Of a stretch of 64,000 nt of DNA, positions 50,474-58,007 are shown one piece after another. The notes beneath the pieces were generated by a model, which saw nothing but the letters and a program-made list of their open reading frames with translations, ran no database searches and was not told where the DNA came from. Within the stretch, counting starts at the first letter, position 1, and every line of letters starts with the position of its first letter. The stretch spans positions 76,320 to 140,319 of IMG/VR virus record IMGVR_UViG_2639762779_000001. One strand, written 5' to 3'. The translations under genes were made by a program, and so were the position numbers. Source of the DNA: a virus. Lineage: Duplodnaviria; Caudoviricetes.

Positions 50474-51511
50474 CTACAGTCCGTTCTTCGTCAGGTACTT
50501 GTTGTTGATGATCTTGAAGCACCGATTGGCTCCCAGTTCGTTCGCCAATCCTTCGGACAACTGCTGGTCTTCGTGCAGATGCCAGACGATGCCTTCGTCC
50601 AGACGGTCTTTGTTGACGTTGCCACGCAACCCGTCCACTTTGGCGATCATGTCGTCCACGCTCCCCGTCAACGCCCACTCGTTTTCGTCGAGTTCGGGAA
50701 CGGCGAGATTCGGCATGCCGGTCGGCCATTGGTCGCGGTCGATCTTGTGATGGTCTTTCCAGACGGCGAAGACGAACGGGCGTTGGGCCGGCAGTTTCAA
50801 CCGGTTGGATTGGATGCCGGGGCCGCATAGCTCGAACTGGACGGCCATGCCGGGCCATAGCATCTTGTCCAACTGGAACCTTTTGGCGAGCCGCATGTTC
50901 GTGGACATGGAGTCGAGTTCCCAGTTGCGTGAATACACGTGGACTTGTCCTCGTTCGTCCATGCTGAGCGTGGTGCTGGTGCCATCGACCTTCACGGTCG
51001 GCACGGCTTTCAACGTCTTGATTTCGTCCCAGTGGTCGGTGAGCGTCTGCAGACGTGGCGCGTCCGACTTGGAGCAGGGCGCGTCGAATCGGCCGATCTG
51101 AGCACCGCCCATCGGCAGGGGCTCTTCGTATTTGAGTACGTTCGCCTTATCGGTGATGTCCGTGCCGACTGCCGGCGTATACCGGAATCCGAGTTCATCC
51201 AAACGCATGATGAGGCCCTGCGAGTAGACTCCGCGCAGTTTCATGGTGCGGAGCACATGGCCGGTGATTTCCATGGAACCTACGATCATGGTCTTCTGGC
51301 CATGCTCCTGGAACGCCTTATAACGCGGGTCATAGGCGGGCAGGAGACTGTCGGTCTCGAAATAGGCGACCCTATCGCCCGGTTTCAATCCCATGTCCTT
51401 GCCGACCACCACACGCCAGCCCAATACGCGGGCGACCTCGATGCGATCGGCCCCTTCGATGGGCTCGATGTTGGTAATCTCCTGTACGCTGACGAGTTTC
51501 CTATTGCTCAT
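50474..51511 (-). CDS. ATP-dependent RNA ligase (DRB0094/Rnl2-like) with N-terminal OB domain
   Basis: RKLVSVQ.I..I.PIEGAD.IE, KLRGVYSQGL, KVDGTS, SRN, ELCGPGIQ.N, EGIV, FKIIN. Confidence 0.93.
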   Translation of the reverse strand: MSNRKLVSVQEITNIEPIEGADRIEVARVLGWRVVVGKDMGLKPGDRVAYFETDSLLPAYDPRYKAFQEHGQKTMIVGSMEITGHVLRTMKLRGVYSQGLIMRLDELGFRYTPAVGTDITDKANVLKYEEPLPMGGAQIGRFDAPCSKSDAPRLQTLTDHWDEIKTLKAVPTVKVDGTSTTLSMDERGQVHVYSRNWELDSMSTNMRLAKRFQLDKMLWPGMAVQFELCGPGIQSNRLKLPAQRPFVFAVWKDHHKIDRDQWPTGMPNLAVPELDENEWALTGSVDDMIAKVDGLRGNVNKDRLDEGIVWHLHEDQQLSEGLANELGANRCFKIINNKYLTKNGL

Positions 51512-51717
51512 GCCGCCACTCCTATGCTGTATTGTTTCGGTGAGATGGTGATGACCATTTCGTTTTCGTCGTCGTAGATGCTTGCCTCATACCCGTTCTC
51601 GTTGGCGATGTCTCGTGCCATGGCGAGCATTTGCTTGAAGCTGTAGTCTGCTGGTACTGGTGTCGAATACTCGTATGCGCCAGCCACGCCGTCTTTTGTG
51701 CTTCTGATTTCATACAT
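51508..51717 (-). CDS. small hypothetical protein
   Basis: ATGA overlap with ligase. Confidence 0.7.
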   Translation of the reverse strand: MYEIRSTKDGVAGAYEYSTPVPADYSFKQMLAMARDIANENGYEASIYDDENEMVITISPKQYSIGVAA

Positions 51718-51734
51718 TTCGTGTTCTCTTTTTC

Positions 51735-52112
51735 TCAGTCGTCGACCGCGTCGAATTTCGTCCAGTCGCTCATGAAGTCGGCGACGCTCCAGCCACGGAC
51801 GAGGAGAACCACCTCATTCGGGAAGTCTTCTTCGATCGCGTATCCGCTGGGTTTGAACGTGGTGATGCCATACAGGGAGCAGGCGTAACGGTCGGAAATC
51901 ACTTCAGTGGGGTCTGCCAGATCCTCGCAGGAATGGATTTCCCCGCCGTCGAAAATCTTGTCTGCTGCTTCCTTGGGAAGTTCCTCGTATTTGCATCCGT
52001 CAGAAGTGTTGCGGCGCATGGACACGTCGAGTTGTCCTTTTCGCCACTTGTCCCAGATTTCATGGCTCAGGTGGGCGCGGAACATGTTCTTGAAGTCTTC
52101 GATGTTCATCAT
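51735..52112 (-). CDS. acidic hypothetical protein
   Basis: Operon context. Confidence 0.7.
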   Translation of the reverse strand: MMNIEDFKNMFRAHLSHEIWDKWRKGQLDVSMRRNTSDGCKYEELPKEAADKIFDGGEIHSCEDLADPTEVISDRYACSLYGITTFKPSGYAIEEDFPNEVVLLVRGWSVADFMSDWTKFDAVDD

Positions 52113-52116
52113 GATT

Positions 52117-52497
52117 TCATGCCTCGATGCTTTCACGGTCGATTCCAAGTGCCTGGATTGCGTTGTCGAGAGAGTCGGGAATGATGCCACAACAATCGCT
52201 TCCGAGCATGTCGTGGGCTTCTTCCGTCCAACGGGTCATGAGCTGGTCGAACTGGAGCGCATCCAGCTTGCCGGGGTCGATGCCGTTGTCTTCGAGGCTT
52301 CCCTTGTCGAAGTAGGTGACGCCGTACTGTCCGAACGCATCGCCGTAACCGTAGAAGTCCGGTTCGCGGAGGCTTAATCCCTTGGGCTTGTAGTTTGACA
52401 GGAATTTCAGGAAGGCCTGTGCGCCTTGCTTTTCCTCTTCGGTGAGAGTGCTGTGCTTGAGCGCGTCATATAGGTAGAAAGCGTATGCGTTGTTCAT
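52117..52497 (-). CDS. acidic hypothetical protein
   Basis: First gene after conserved module. Confidence 0.75.
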   Translation of the reverse strand: MNNAYAFYLYDALKHSTLTEEEKQGAQAFLKFLSNYKPKGLSLREPDFYGYGDAFGQYGVTYFDKGSLEDNGIDPGKLDALQFDQLMTRWTEEAHDMLGSDCCGIIPDSLDNAIQALGIDRESIEA

Positions 52498-52502
52498 GGT
52501 GT

Positions 52503-52565
52503 TTTCCTCTTTCAATTATTTTATGTGGACATATTCAGTATAACGAGTAAAAAAGAAAAAGTCAA
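52503..52565 (-). promoter_or_regulatory. conserved promoter/operator/RBS module, copy 6 (RNA ligase operon)
   Basis: TTGACT-N17-TATACTGAATATGTCCACATAAAATAATTGAAAGAGGAAA. Confidence 0.85.
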
Positions 52566-52602
52566 AGACACCACAAAAACCAAGGAGAGACACCAAAAGA
52601 AG

Positions 52603-52675
52603 TGGAGCAGACGGGAATCGAACCCGCGACCTTTTCGTTGCGAACGAAACGCTCTACCAACTGAGCCACAACCCC
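52603..52675 (-). tRNA. tRNA-Ala(CGC)
   Basis: Cloverleaf, G3:U70, loop TTCGCAA. Confidence 0.9.
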
Positions 52676-52840
52676 AATCGAGCTGCCGGTCGGATTTAAA
52701 CAGAGGCTTCTTTCCCTGTTTGTTGCCGTGTCGGCGCGGCTTCCCCTCATCTACCGAAACTGCGGGGGGTTACATTATTCGGTGCAGTCATAGGAATCTC
52801 CTTAATCTCGTGGAAACCTGGAATAGGTTTCCCTCCTGCG

Positions 52841-52913
52841 AGCCGTCGACCGGATTCGGACCGGTGACCTGCGCATTACGAGGGCGCTGCTCTGCCAGCT
52901 GAGCTACGACGGC
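52841..52913 (-). tRNA. tRNA-Thr(CGT)
   Basis: Loop CTCGTAA; T-loop TCCGAAT. Confidence 0.88.
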
Positions 52914-53055
52914 GAAAAACCGTTCCGGCATGAGGAACGGCGGATGGGCCATGCGAGCAAGGGGTTTCTAATCCTACGACCGGTTCATGCCGCCGACCGT
53001 AGACTGCTCCCATTCGGGAACCCAGTTTTTTCGCATGTGGCCACTGGGCCCATCG

Positions 53056-53121
53056 TGCTTCGACGGGATTCGAACCCGCATTACTCCAAAAACAGAGCAT
53101 CCTACCGTTAAATGACGAAGC
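53056..53121 (-). pseudogene. degenerate 66-nt tRNA-like gene, anticodon unassignable
   Basis: Acceptor and TTCGAAT arms present; anticodon arm GCTC-TGTTTTTG-GAGT. Confidence 0.6.
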
Positions 53122-53382
53122 GGTGTTGCGGATACGATGCTGGGGAAGCGGTTCTGTCAGGCTACTGAGGTGAAGGCCTGCGCCGTGACCATCGTTCCAT
53201 CCCGCCCCCAATATGGCAGCGGGCGGGTGGTGGCGTTGATATCGCATTCGCAAGAAATAGAGCGGATACGGGCGCTACGTTAATCATCGGCCTCAATTAT
53301 GAAAAGTCCTCCCAACGTATCGTTCCCAAAACAGGTAAGCGTTCAATACCTGTATGGGTGGCGTTGACGCCCGTGTTTCCGC

Positions 53383-53459
53383 TGGTGCTTTCGCCGGGAT
53401 TCGAACCCGGACTGAATGCGTCCTTAGCGCATCGCCTCTACCGGTTGGGCCACGAAAGC
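53383..53459 (-). tRNA. tRNA-Leu(AAG), short variable loop, encoded CCA
   Basis: ATGCG-CTAAGGA-CGCAT; A73 then CCA. Confidence 0.85.
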
Positions 53460-53871
53460 ATGCGCAGGCAATCCGCAGGGATATGCCCGCGCAGTCCACA
53501 ATCGATCCGGCCACTCGTGTCGAATCCTTGCACTCATGCTTGCGGTGGACGCGCATACTGCAGCGTGAGGCATGACGAGGATCACGGGCTGTGACGCCCA
53601 TGCTCCGCCGAGACCGTTCCCACATCCTGTGGGTCGGCTGACGAGAGACGCGGTCACCCACGTCTCAGGGAACCTTTTCCGCACTGGGCGGATAGGCTGA
53701 TCGGATTCGCGCCGACCCCTCCGACGGGGGCTGTTCGCATCATCCTGGAATGATGGGCGCCGGCGATAATCCGCGTGTCCGTCGAACAAAACGGAGGCGC
53801 GGATATCGGACACGATCCACATGGTCATGACTGCCCCGCCGGGAACTCCCAACGGGCATGGACTCGTATCG

Positions 53872-53943
53872 AGCGGTGTACGGGAATCGAACCCGCATCA
53901 TCAGTTTGGAAGACTGAGACACTGACCGTTGTGCTAACACCGC
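53872..53943 (-). tRNA. tRNA-Gly(TCC)
   Basis: GCG start, loop CTTCCAA, U73. Confidence 0.9.
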
Positions 53944-53999
53944 GAAAAAAAGGAATCCACGGACACGCTTCACCTTGATTTTTTCTAGTGGATTCCTTA

Positions 54000-54073
54000 G
54001 CGGACATCTCGGGCCTCGAACCCGGACCTCCATCCACAGGGGATGGCGTGCTGTCCATTTACACCAATGCCCC
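54000..54073 (-). pseudogene. atypical tRNA, Gln(CTG)-like
   Basis: TGGTGTAA D arm; CCATC-CCCTGTG-GATGG with C33; imperfect acceptor and T stems. Confidence 0.55.
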
Positions 54074-54201
54074 GCATGGTCGCGCGTCATGATCACATGC
54101 CCATGCGTTCGCCTGACCGAGGATTCGTTACAACGGAGGCCGGTCGGGACTCCAATGGTTTCGATTTTTTGAGAGTGCCAAACCATCAAATGCCGCACTC
54201 G

Positions 54202-54274
54202 TGCCCCCGGCCGGAGTCGGACCGGCTGCGCCCGGTTTAGGAAACCGGCGCTCTATCCACTGAGCTACAAGGGC
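54202..54274 (-). tRNA. tRNA-Arg(CCT)
   Basis: Loop TTCCTAA; T-loop TCCGACT. Confidence 0.88.
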
Positions 54275-54383
54275 GATGGCATCGTTTTCGCGGCCTGGGG
54301 TGATGCCGAAACCCTGTATGTCCGGTACAACACATCGTTCGAGTGTAGAGGAAGAAATCGAAACGAAGAATGCTGCCGCTGAG

Positions 54384-54457
54384 AGGCGGTTGTGGGGGTC
54401 GAACCCACCGTTCACGGTTTTGCAGACCGTTGCCAACAGCCGGTTGGCGTAACCGCC
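54384..54457 (-). tRNA. tRNA-Cys(GCA), atypical D arm
   Basis: Loop CTGCAAA, U73. Confidence 0.8.
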
Positions 54458-54464
54458 GATTATG

Positions 54465-54535
54465 TTCCTCCTCCTGGTCTTGAACCAGGACTATGGGTTC
54501 CAAAGACCCGTGTGCTGCCGTTACACCAAGGAGGA
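54465..54535 (-). tRNA. tRNA-Gln(TTG)
   Basis: Loop CTTTGGA; TGGTGTAA D arm. Confidence 0.87.
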
Positions 54536-54654
54536 ATGTGCGCGAACGCATCGGACACGTATGCCCGACTGCGTTCCGCCATGCCGATCCAACCCTTTTT
54601 GCTGACTGGATTCCAGGCCCTGTCCCGTGGCCTAACACATTGTTGATCGGCCAG

Positions 54655-54741
54655 CGGATGGTGCGAGAGTCGAACTCGCCAGGGACTTCCGCCCCCAACA
54701 GTCTTAGCAGGACTGCGCCTTTGCCGCACGGCCCACCATCC
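54655..54741 (-). tRNA. tRNA-Ser(GCT)
   Basis: Loop CTGCTAA, long variable arm, G73. Confidence 0.85.
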
Positions 54742-54813
54742 ATGCCGGTGTTTGCGATTCAGGGCACACCGGCTAAGCCTCGATAGAGCCGCCAAGAACT
54801 GCCAGCGGTTTCG

Positions 54814-54898
54814 CGGAGGATGAGGGAGTTGAACCCCCGGAACCTTGCGGTTCGTCTGTTTTCAAGACAGGTACGTTCGACCGCTCCGCCAATCCTCC
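54814..54898 (-). tRNA. tRNA-Ser(TGA)
   Basis: Loop CTTGAAA, long variable arm, G73. Confidence 0.87.
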
Positions 54899-54902
54899 AA
54901 CG

Positions 54903-54977
54903 TGCTCCCGGTGGGATTCGAACCCACGACCAGCCGGGTAGAAACCGGCGGCTCTGATTCCACTGAGCTACGGGAAC
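54903..54977 (-). tRNA. tRNA-Arg(TCT)
   Basis: GCCGG-TTTCTAC-CCGGC. Confidence 0.88.
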
Positions 54978-55122
54978 AAACTCGGAAGAGCATCTGGTTC
55001 AAGAAAAGACATCGAAGTTTTTCTTACGCTCGTCCGAGTTTTCGCCTTGTTTCGCGCGTGGTCTGCGATACCACCGTATCTGTGTGTTGGTGCGCTTACG
55101 TGTGACCTTTTGCCTCACGTCG

Positions 55123-55195
55123 TGTTTCCGGCAGGATTCGAACCCGCACTGATTGATGTTTAGGACCATGCCTCTACCATTTGGGCTACGGAAAC
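55123..55195 (-). tRNA. tRNA-Leu(TAA), short variable loop, weak anticodon stem
   Basis: TGGT-CCTAAAC-ATCA with C33; Leu-type D arm. Confidence 0.65.
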
Positions 55196-55364
55196 TTGGC
55201 CAACTGCCCCCCACCACGGTTGACCGGCGTGGCTGATACCAACCCAGGCTGCTGGATAGAGAAGAGAAAAACCAGAGCAAGGCTTTCGGGGAAAATTAAT
55301 ACTGTTCTCCCCCCCTCGTGTGACAGGAATCGGTTTGCACATTGAAGAAGGAGAGAACAGCAAG

Positions 55365-55440
55365 TGCCCCCAGCGGGGTTCGAACCCGCAACCTCTGGTT
55401 CCGTAGACCAACGCTCTGAATCCGATTGAGCTACGAGGGC
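55365..55440 (-). tRNA. tRNA-Arg(ACG)
   Basis: Loop CTACGGA. Confidence 0.9.
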
Positions 55441-55768
55441 GATGGCACATTTCGATCCCTTAACGACGTACGCCTGTGCCGGGCTGTGTTCGGCATGGTC
55501 CTCATTGATGTCGCTCCGGAGACCATCGCTGCAAAAAGAGCGTCCTCCCCATCCGTCCTGAATGACAGATGGAGGGAATCGGGAGACTGGATTGGGTTTT
55601 TACCAGCAACGTCGAGGACAAACGAGATCATGTCAGATCCCCTCTGGACGTGCCGCCGGTTCGGTCGCAAACCACCCTGCCGGGCCCGGCTCATCTTATC
55701 GTCTCGTTTCCGATGCGATTGTTCGATCACTCCCTGAAAGCAGTCCATTGATCGGATGGATTGCTTCG

Positions 55769-55840
55769 TGCCTCCGTCTGGAATCGAACCAGCATCCACG
55801 GTGCTTCAGACCGTTGCTCTACCATTTAAGCTACAGAGGC
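55769..55840 (-). tRNA. tRNA-Phe(GAA)
   Basis: ACGGT-CTGAAGC-ACCGT. Confidence 0.88.
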
Positions 55841-56004
55841 GCCGTACGACGGACTGTTATGGAATCTGGGTTATAGGCCCTTCCCCGGTCCGTCGCACTG
55901 TGTGTTTTCCTTCCCCTGTTTCGCGCGCGGCCGGAAGAAGAAGCTGCCGCAGCCTATCTGATAATAGATTGATGCGCTTATGCATGGCGATGTACCAAGC
56001 ATCG

Positions 56005-56076
56005 TGCCCCGACGGAATTACGATATCCGGACCCAGTGCTTAAAAGGCACCTGCTCTTCCTCTGAGCTACCGGGGC
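56005..56076 (-). tRNA. tRNA-Lys(TTT), non-canonical T-loop
   Basis: Loop CTTTTAA; T-loop ATCGTAA. Confidence 0.8.
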
Positions 56077-56218
56077 GATGGCATGTTTCCTTATTCCTTG
56101 ACGCTGCGTGCCCATGCCGGGGCTGTTCGTCCATGTTTTCTCCGGAAGCGTCCACATGGAAAGGACGGCTGCGAGTCCCATTGTTGGATCGGATCCATTG
56201 TTCTGGTTTTCCGGATAG

Positions 56219-56290
56219 AGCGGATGACGGGGTTCGAACCCGCGGTTTCCTGCTTGGGAAGCAGGCGTGCTACCACTGCACCACATCCGC
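56219..56290 (-). tRNA. tRNA-Gly(CCC)
   Basis: Loop TTCCCAA, U73. Confidence 0.9.
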
Positions 56291-56370
56291 ATGGCCGTGC
56301 TTTTTTCGGATACGTCGCACGGCGGTGACGTATAGTCCGCCAGCCGAAAGAGGGATGGCTGGTCTCCGAG

Positions 56371-56444
56371 TCGGATTGACAGGATTCGAACCTGCGACCC
56401 CATGCTCCCAAAGCACGTGCGCTACCAAACTGCGCCACAATCCG
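56371..56444 (-). tRNA. tRNA-Pro(TGG)
   Basis: CGG start, loop TTTGGGA. Confidence 0.92.
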
Positions 56445-56447
56445 ATA

Positions 56448-56699
56448 TTTTTGACAGGACTCCGTGGCTTACCAGCTACGTACGTGCCCTATTAAACGCG
56501 ATTTCCTCAGATTCTGGCACCGTCTTAAGCCAGTACCACGATGCTTTCATCTTGATTCTTTCGCGTGTTTAGACTGTCTCCACCGGTTTTCCTAACCTCC
56601 TGCGAAACCTCCCCTTCCAAGCGTGCGACCTAGGATTTGCACGCTCTTCCAGTTTTTCTTCACAGTCCTCGACTCTCCGGTTGTAAGACCTGTCAAAAA
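56448..56699 (-). ncRNA. candidate ~250-nt structured ncRNA of unknown family
   Basis: 11-bp closing stem TTTTTGACAGG/CCTGTCAAAAA with nested helices. Confidence 0.55.
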
Positions 56700-56701
56700 C
56701 G

Positions 56702-56761
56702 TGGCTCCGGGTGGATTCGAACCACCAACCATGCATGCTCCGCCGTTTGAGCTACGAAGCC
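56702..56761 (-). ncRNA. 60-nt tRNA-like RNA lacking the anticodon arm
   Basis: GGCTTCG/CGGAGCC acceptor, GCTC/GAGC D stem, GGTGG-TTCGAAT-CCACC T arm. Confidence 0.7.
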
Positions 56762-56949
56762 GGCCGGAACGCGTCGTCTCATGGCGCGTATCATTCCGGC
56801 TTTTACCGTTCGCTGTCAGACTAATGAGACTGGCCTGACAGCGGATAAAATCCGTTTGTTGTTTAGATACTGTGTACAAACGAAAACCACAGCACGGCCT
56901 TGAAGGCGCCGCTACCTGTTAATCCGCCTGTTTGCAACCAGGCGGATAG

Positions 56950-57031
56950 TGGTGGCGGGAGGACTCGAACCTCCGGTGTTTCCTTGTCGCAGATTTACAG
57001 TCTGCTGCCGTCGCCGCTGGGCCACACCACC
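56950..57031 (-). tRNA. tRNA-Tyr(GTA)
   Basis: GCAGA-CTGTAAA-TCTGC, long variable region. Confidence 0.9.
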
Positions 57032-57136
57032 GGTGCATCGCTTCTGCCCGTCACGGTGCGATGCATACCGTGCCCGATTCATCTGTACCCGCAGACCGTG
57101 AGTCTGCACAAGCTCATGGGAGATGGATCAGGGTCG

Positions 57137-57530
57137 TGGAGCTGCCGAGAATCGAACTCGGGTCTAGCCTGCTGTCAGCCTTTGCTTGCTGTCACGTGCG
57201 TATCCGACGCGGCTGATCCCCACTTGCGTGGGGAAGATCATCCGTGGACAGGGTGCGTTCGGCGAACCTGCACGGCTTGTAGACGATGTTCATATGCTGG
57301 CCGGGCGAATCCATCGTCCGACTGTCTGACCAGTCCGATTCAAAGTTTTCCGATTCTGGCCTGTTAATCGGCAATGGGGTCAGAATCGGGTTTCACGCTG
57401 CGAGGGTGAAACGGGAAGAAGAAACGGTGTTGGCGTTCGTTCTTGTGGCAAGGTTGATGACGGTTGTCCTTGCCGGCCTCCGGCACGTAGCAAATGGTTT
57501 CCTGCAGGCTATCGAAAGCCTGTCAACCCC
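57137..57530 (-). ncRNA. ssrA: tmRNA, tag ANTVSSSRFTLAA*
   Basis: 5' GGGGTTGA..TTCGA; 3' GACCCGAGTTCGATTCTCGGCAGCTCCA; tag ORF 57434-57393 ending LAA. Confidence 0.93.
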
Positions 57531-57821
57531 AGTGATATGGGTTGAACGGCGTGAACTTCAGTCGTTCAACCCATGTCTTTACTGCTGCCACCTTGCAAGG
57601 GTGGCGATTCCAAGGTCTTGTCCTCACGCCCATGCGGGCGTGAGTTGCCTTGGTAAGAAATGTTTTTTGGTGTCTCTCTTCGGTTTTCAATCGTCCTGCA
57701 TCACGTGCGTGGTGGTAGGGGTTGGCTTCCTACGCAGGATGCTTCACGCCGGCGTGGATTGCTCTTGGCCGGTTTGAAAGGAGAGAGTGTTTTGACTTCC
57801 TGTTTGGGCAGGAGGTGTTGG

Positions 57822-57884
57822 TTTCCTCTTTCGATTCATTTATGTGGACACATTCAGTATAATATGTTTCTTGAGCTCTGGCAA
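57822..57884 (-). promoter_or_regulatory. conserved promoter/operator module, copy 7 (tmRNA/tRNA array)
   Basis: TTGCCA-N17-TATACTGAATGTGTCCACATAAATGAATCGAAAGAGGAAA. Confidence 0.82.
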
Positions 57885-58007
57885 CACCAGTTCAAGGGAA
57901 AAGCCATCAAACCATTGAAAACACTGGAATCCACAGGGAAAAAACAAGCCGACAACAACGGCGTGTCGCACTATCGGCAAAAGAAAACACACCCGGAAAA
58001 ATCCACT

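Noticed and set aside
45117-52497. Prophage
   Set aside because: Phage-like accessory genes are present but no capsid, terminase, tail or integrase genes; plasmid rep and iterons are nearby
54903-54977. Possible amber suppressor tRNA (CTA in the loop)
   Set aside because: The 5-bp stem places TCT at positions 34-36, so it is Arg
55441-55768. Possible RNase P RNA (ACAGCCCGGC resembles its 3' end)
   Set aside because: The conserved GAGGAAAGUCC P4 strand was not found
52525-57777. Many 60-170 aa ORFs in the ORF track
   Set aside because: They overlap tRNA and tmRNA genes and have no RBS or protein-like composition
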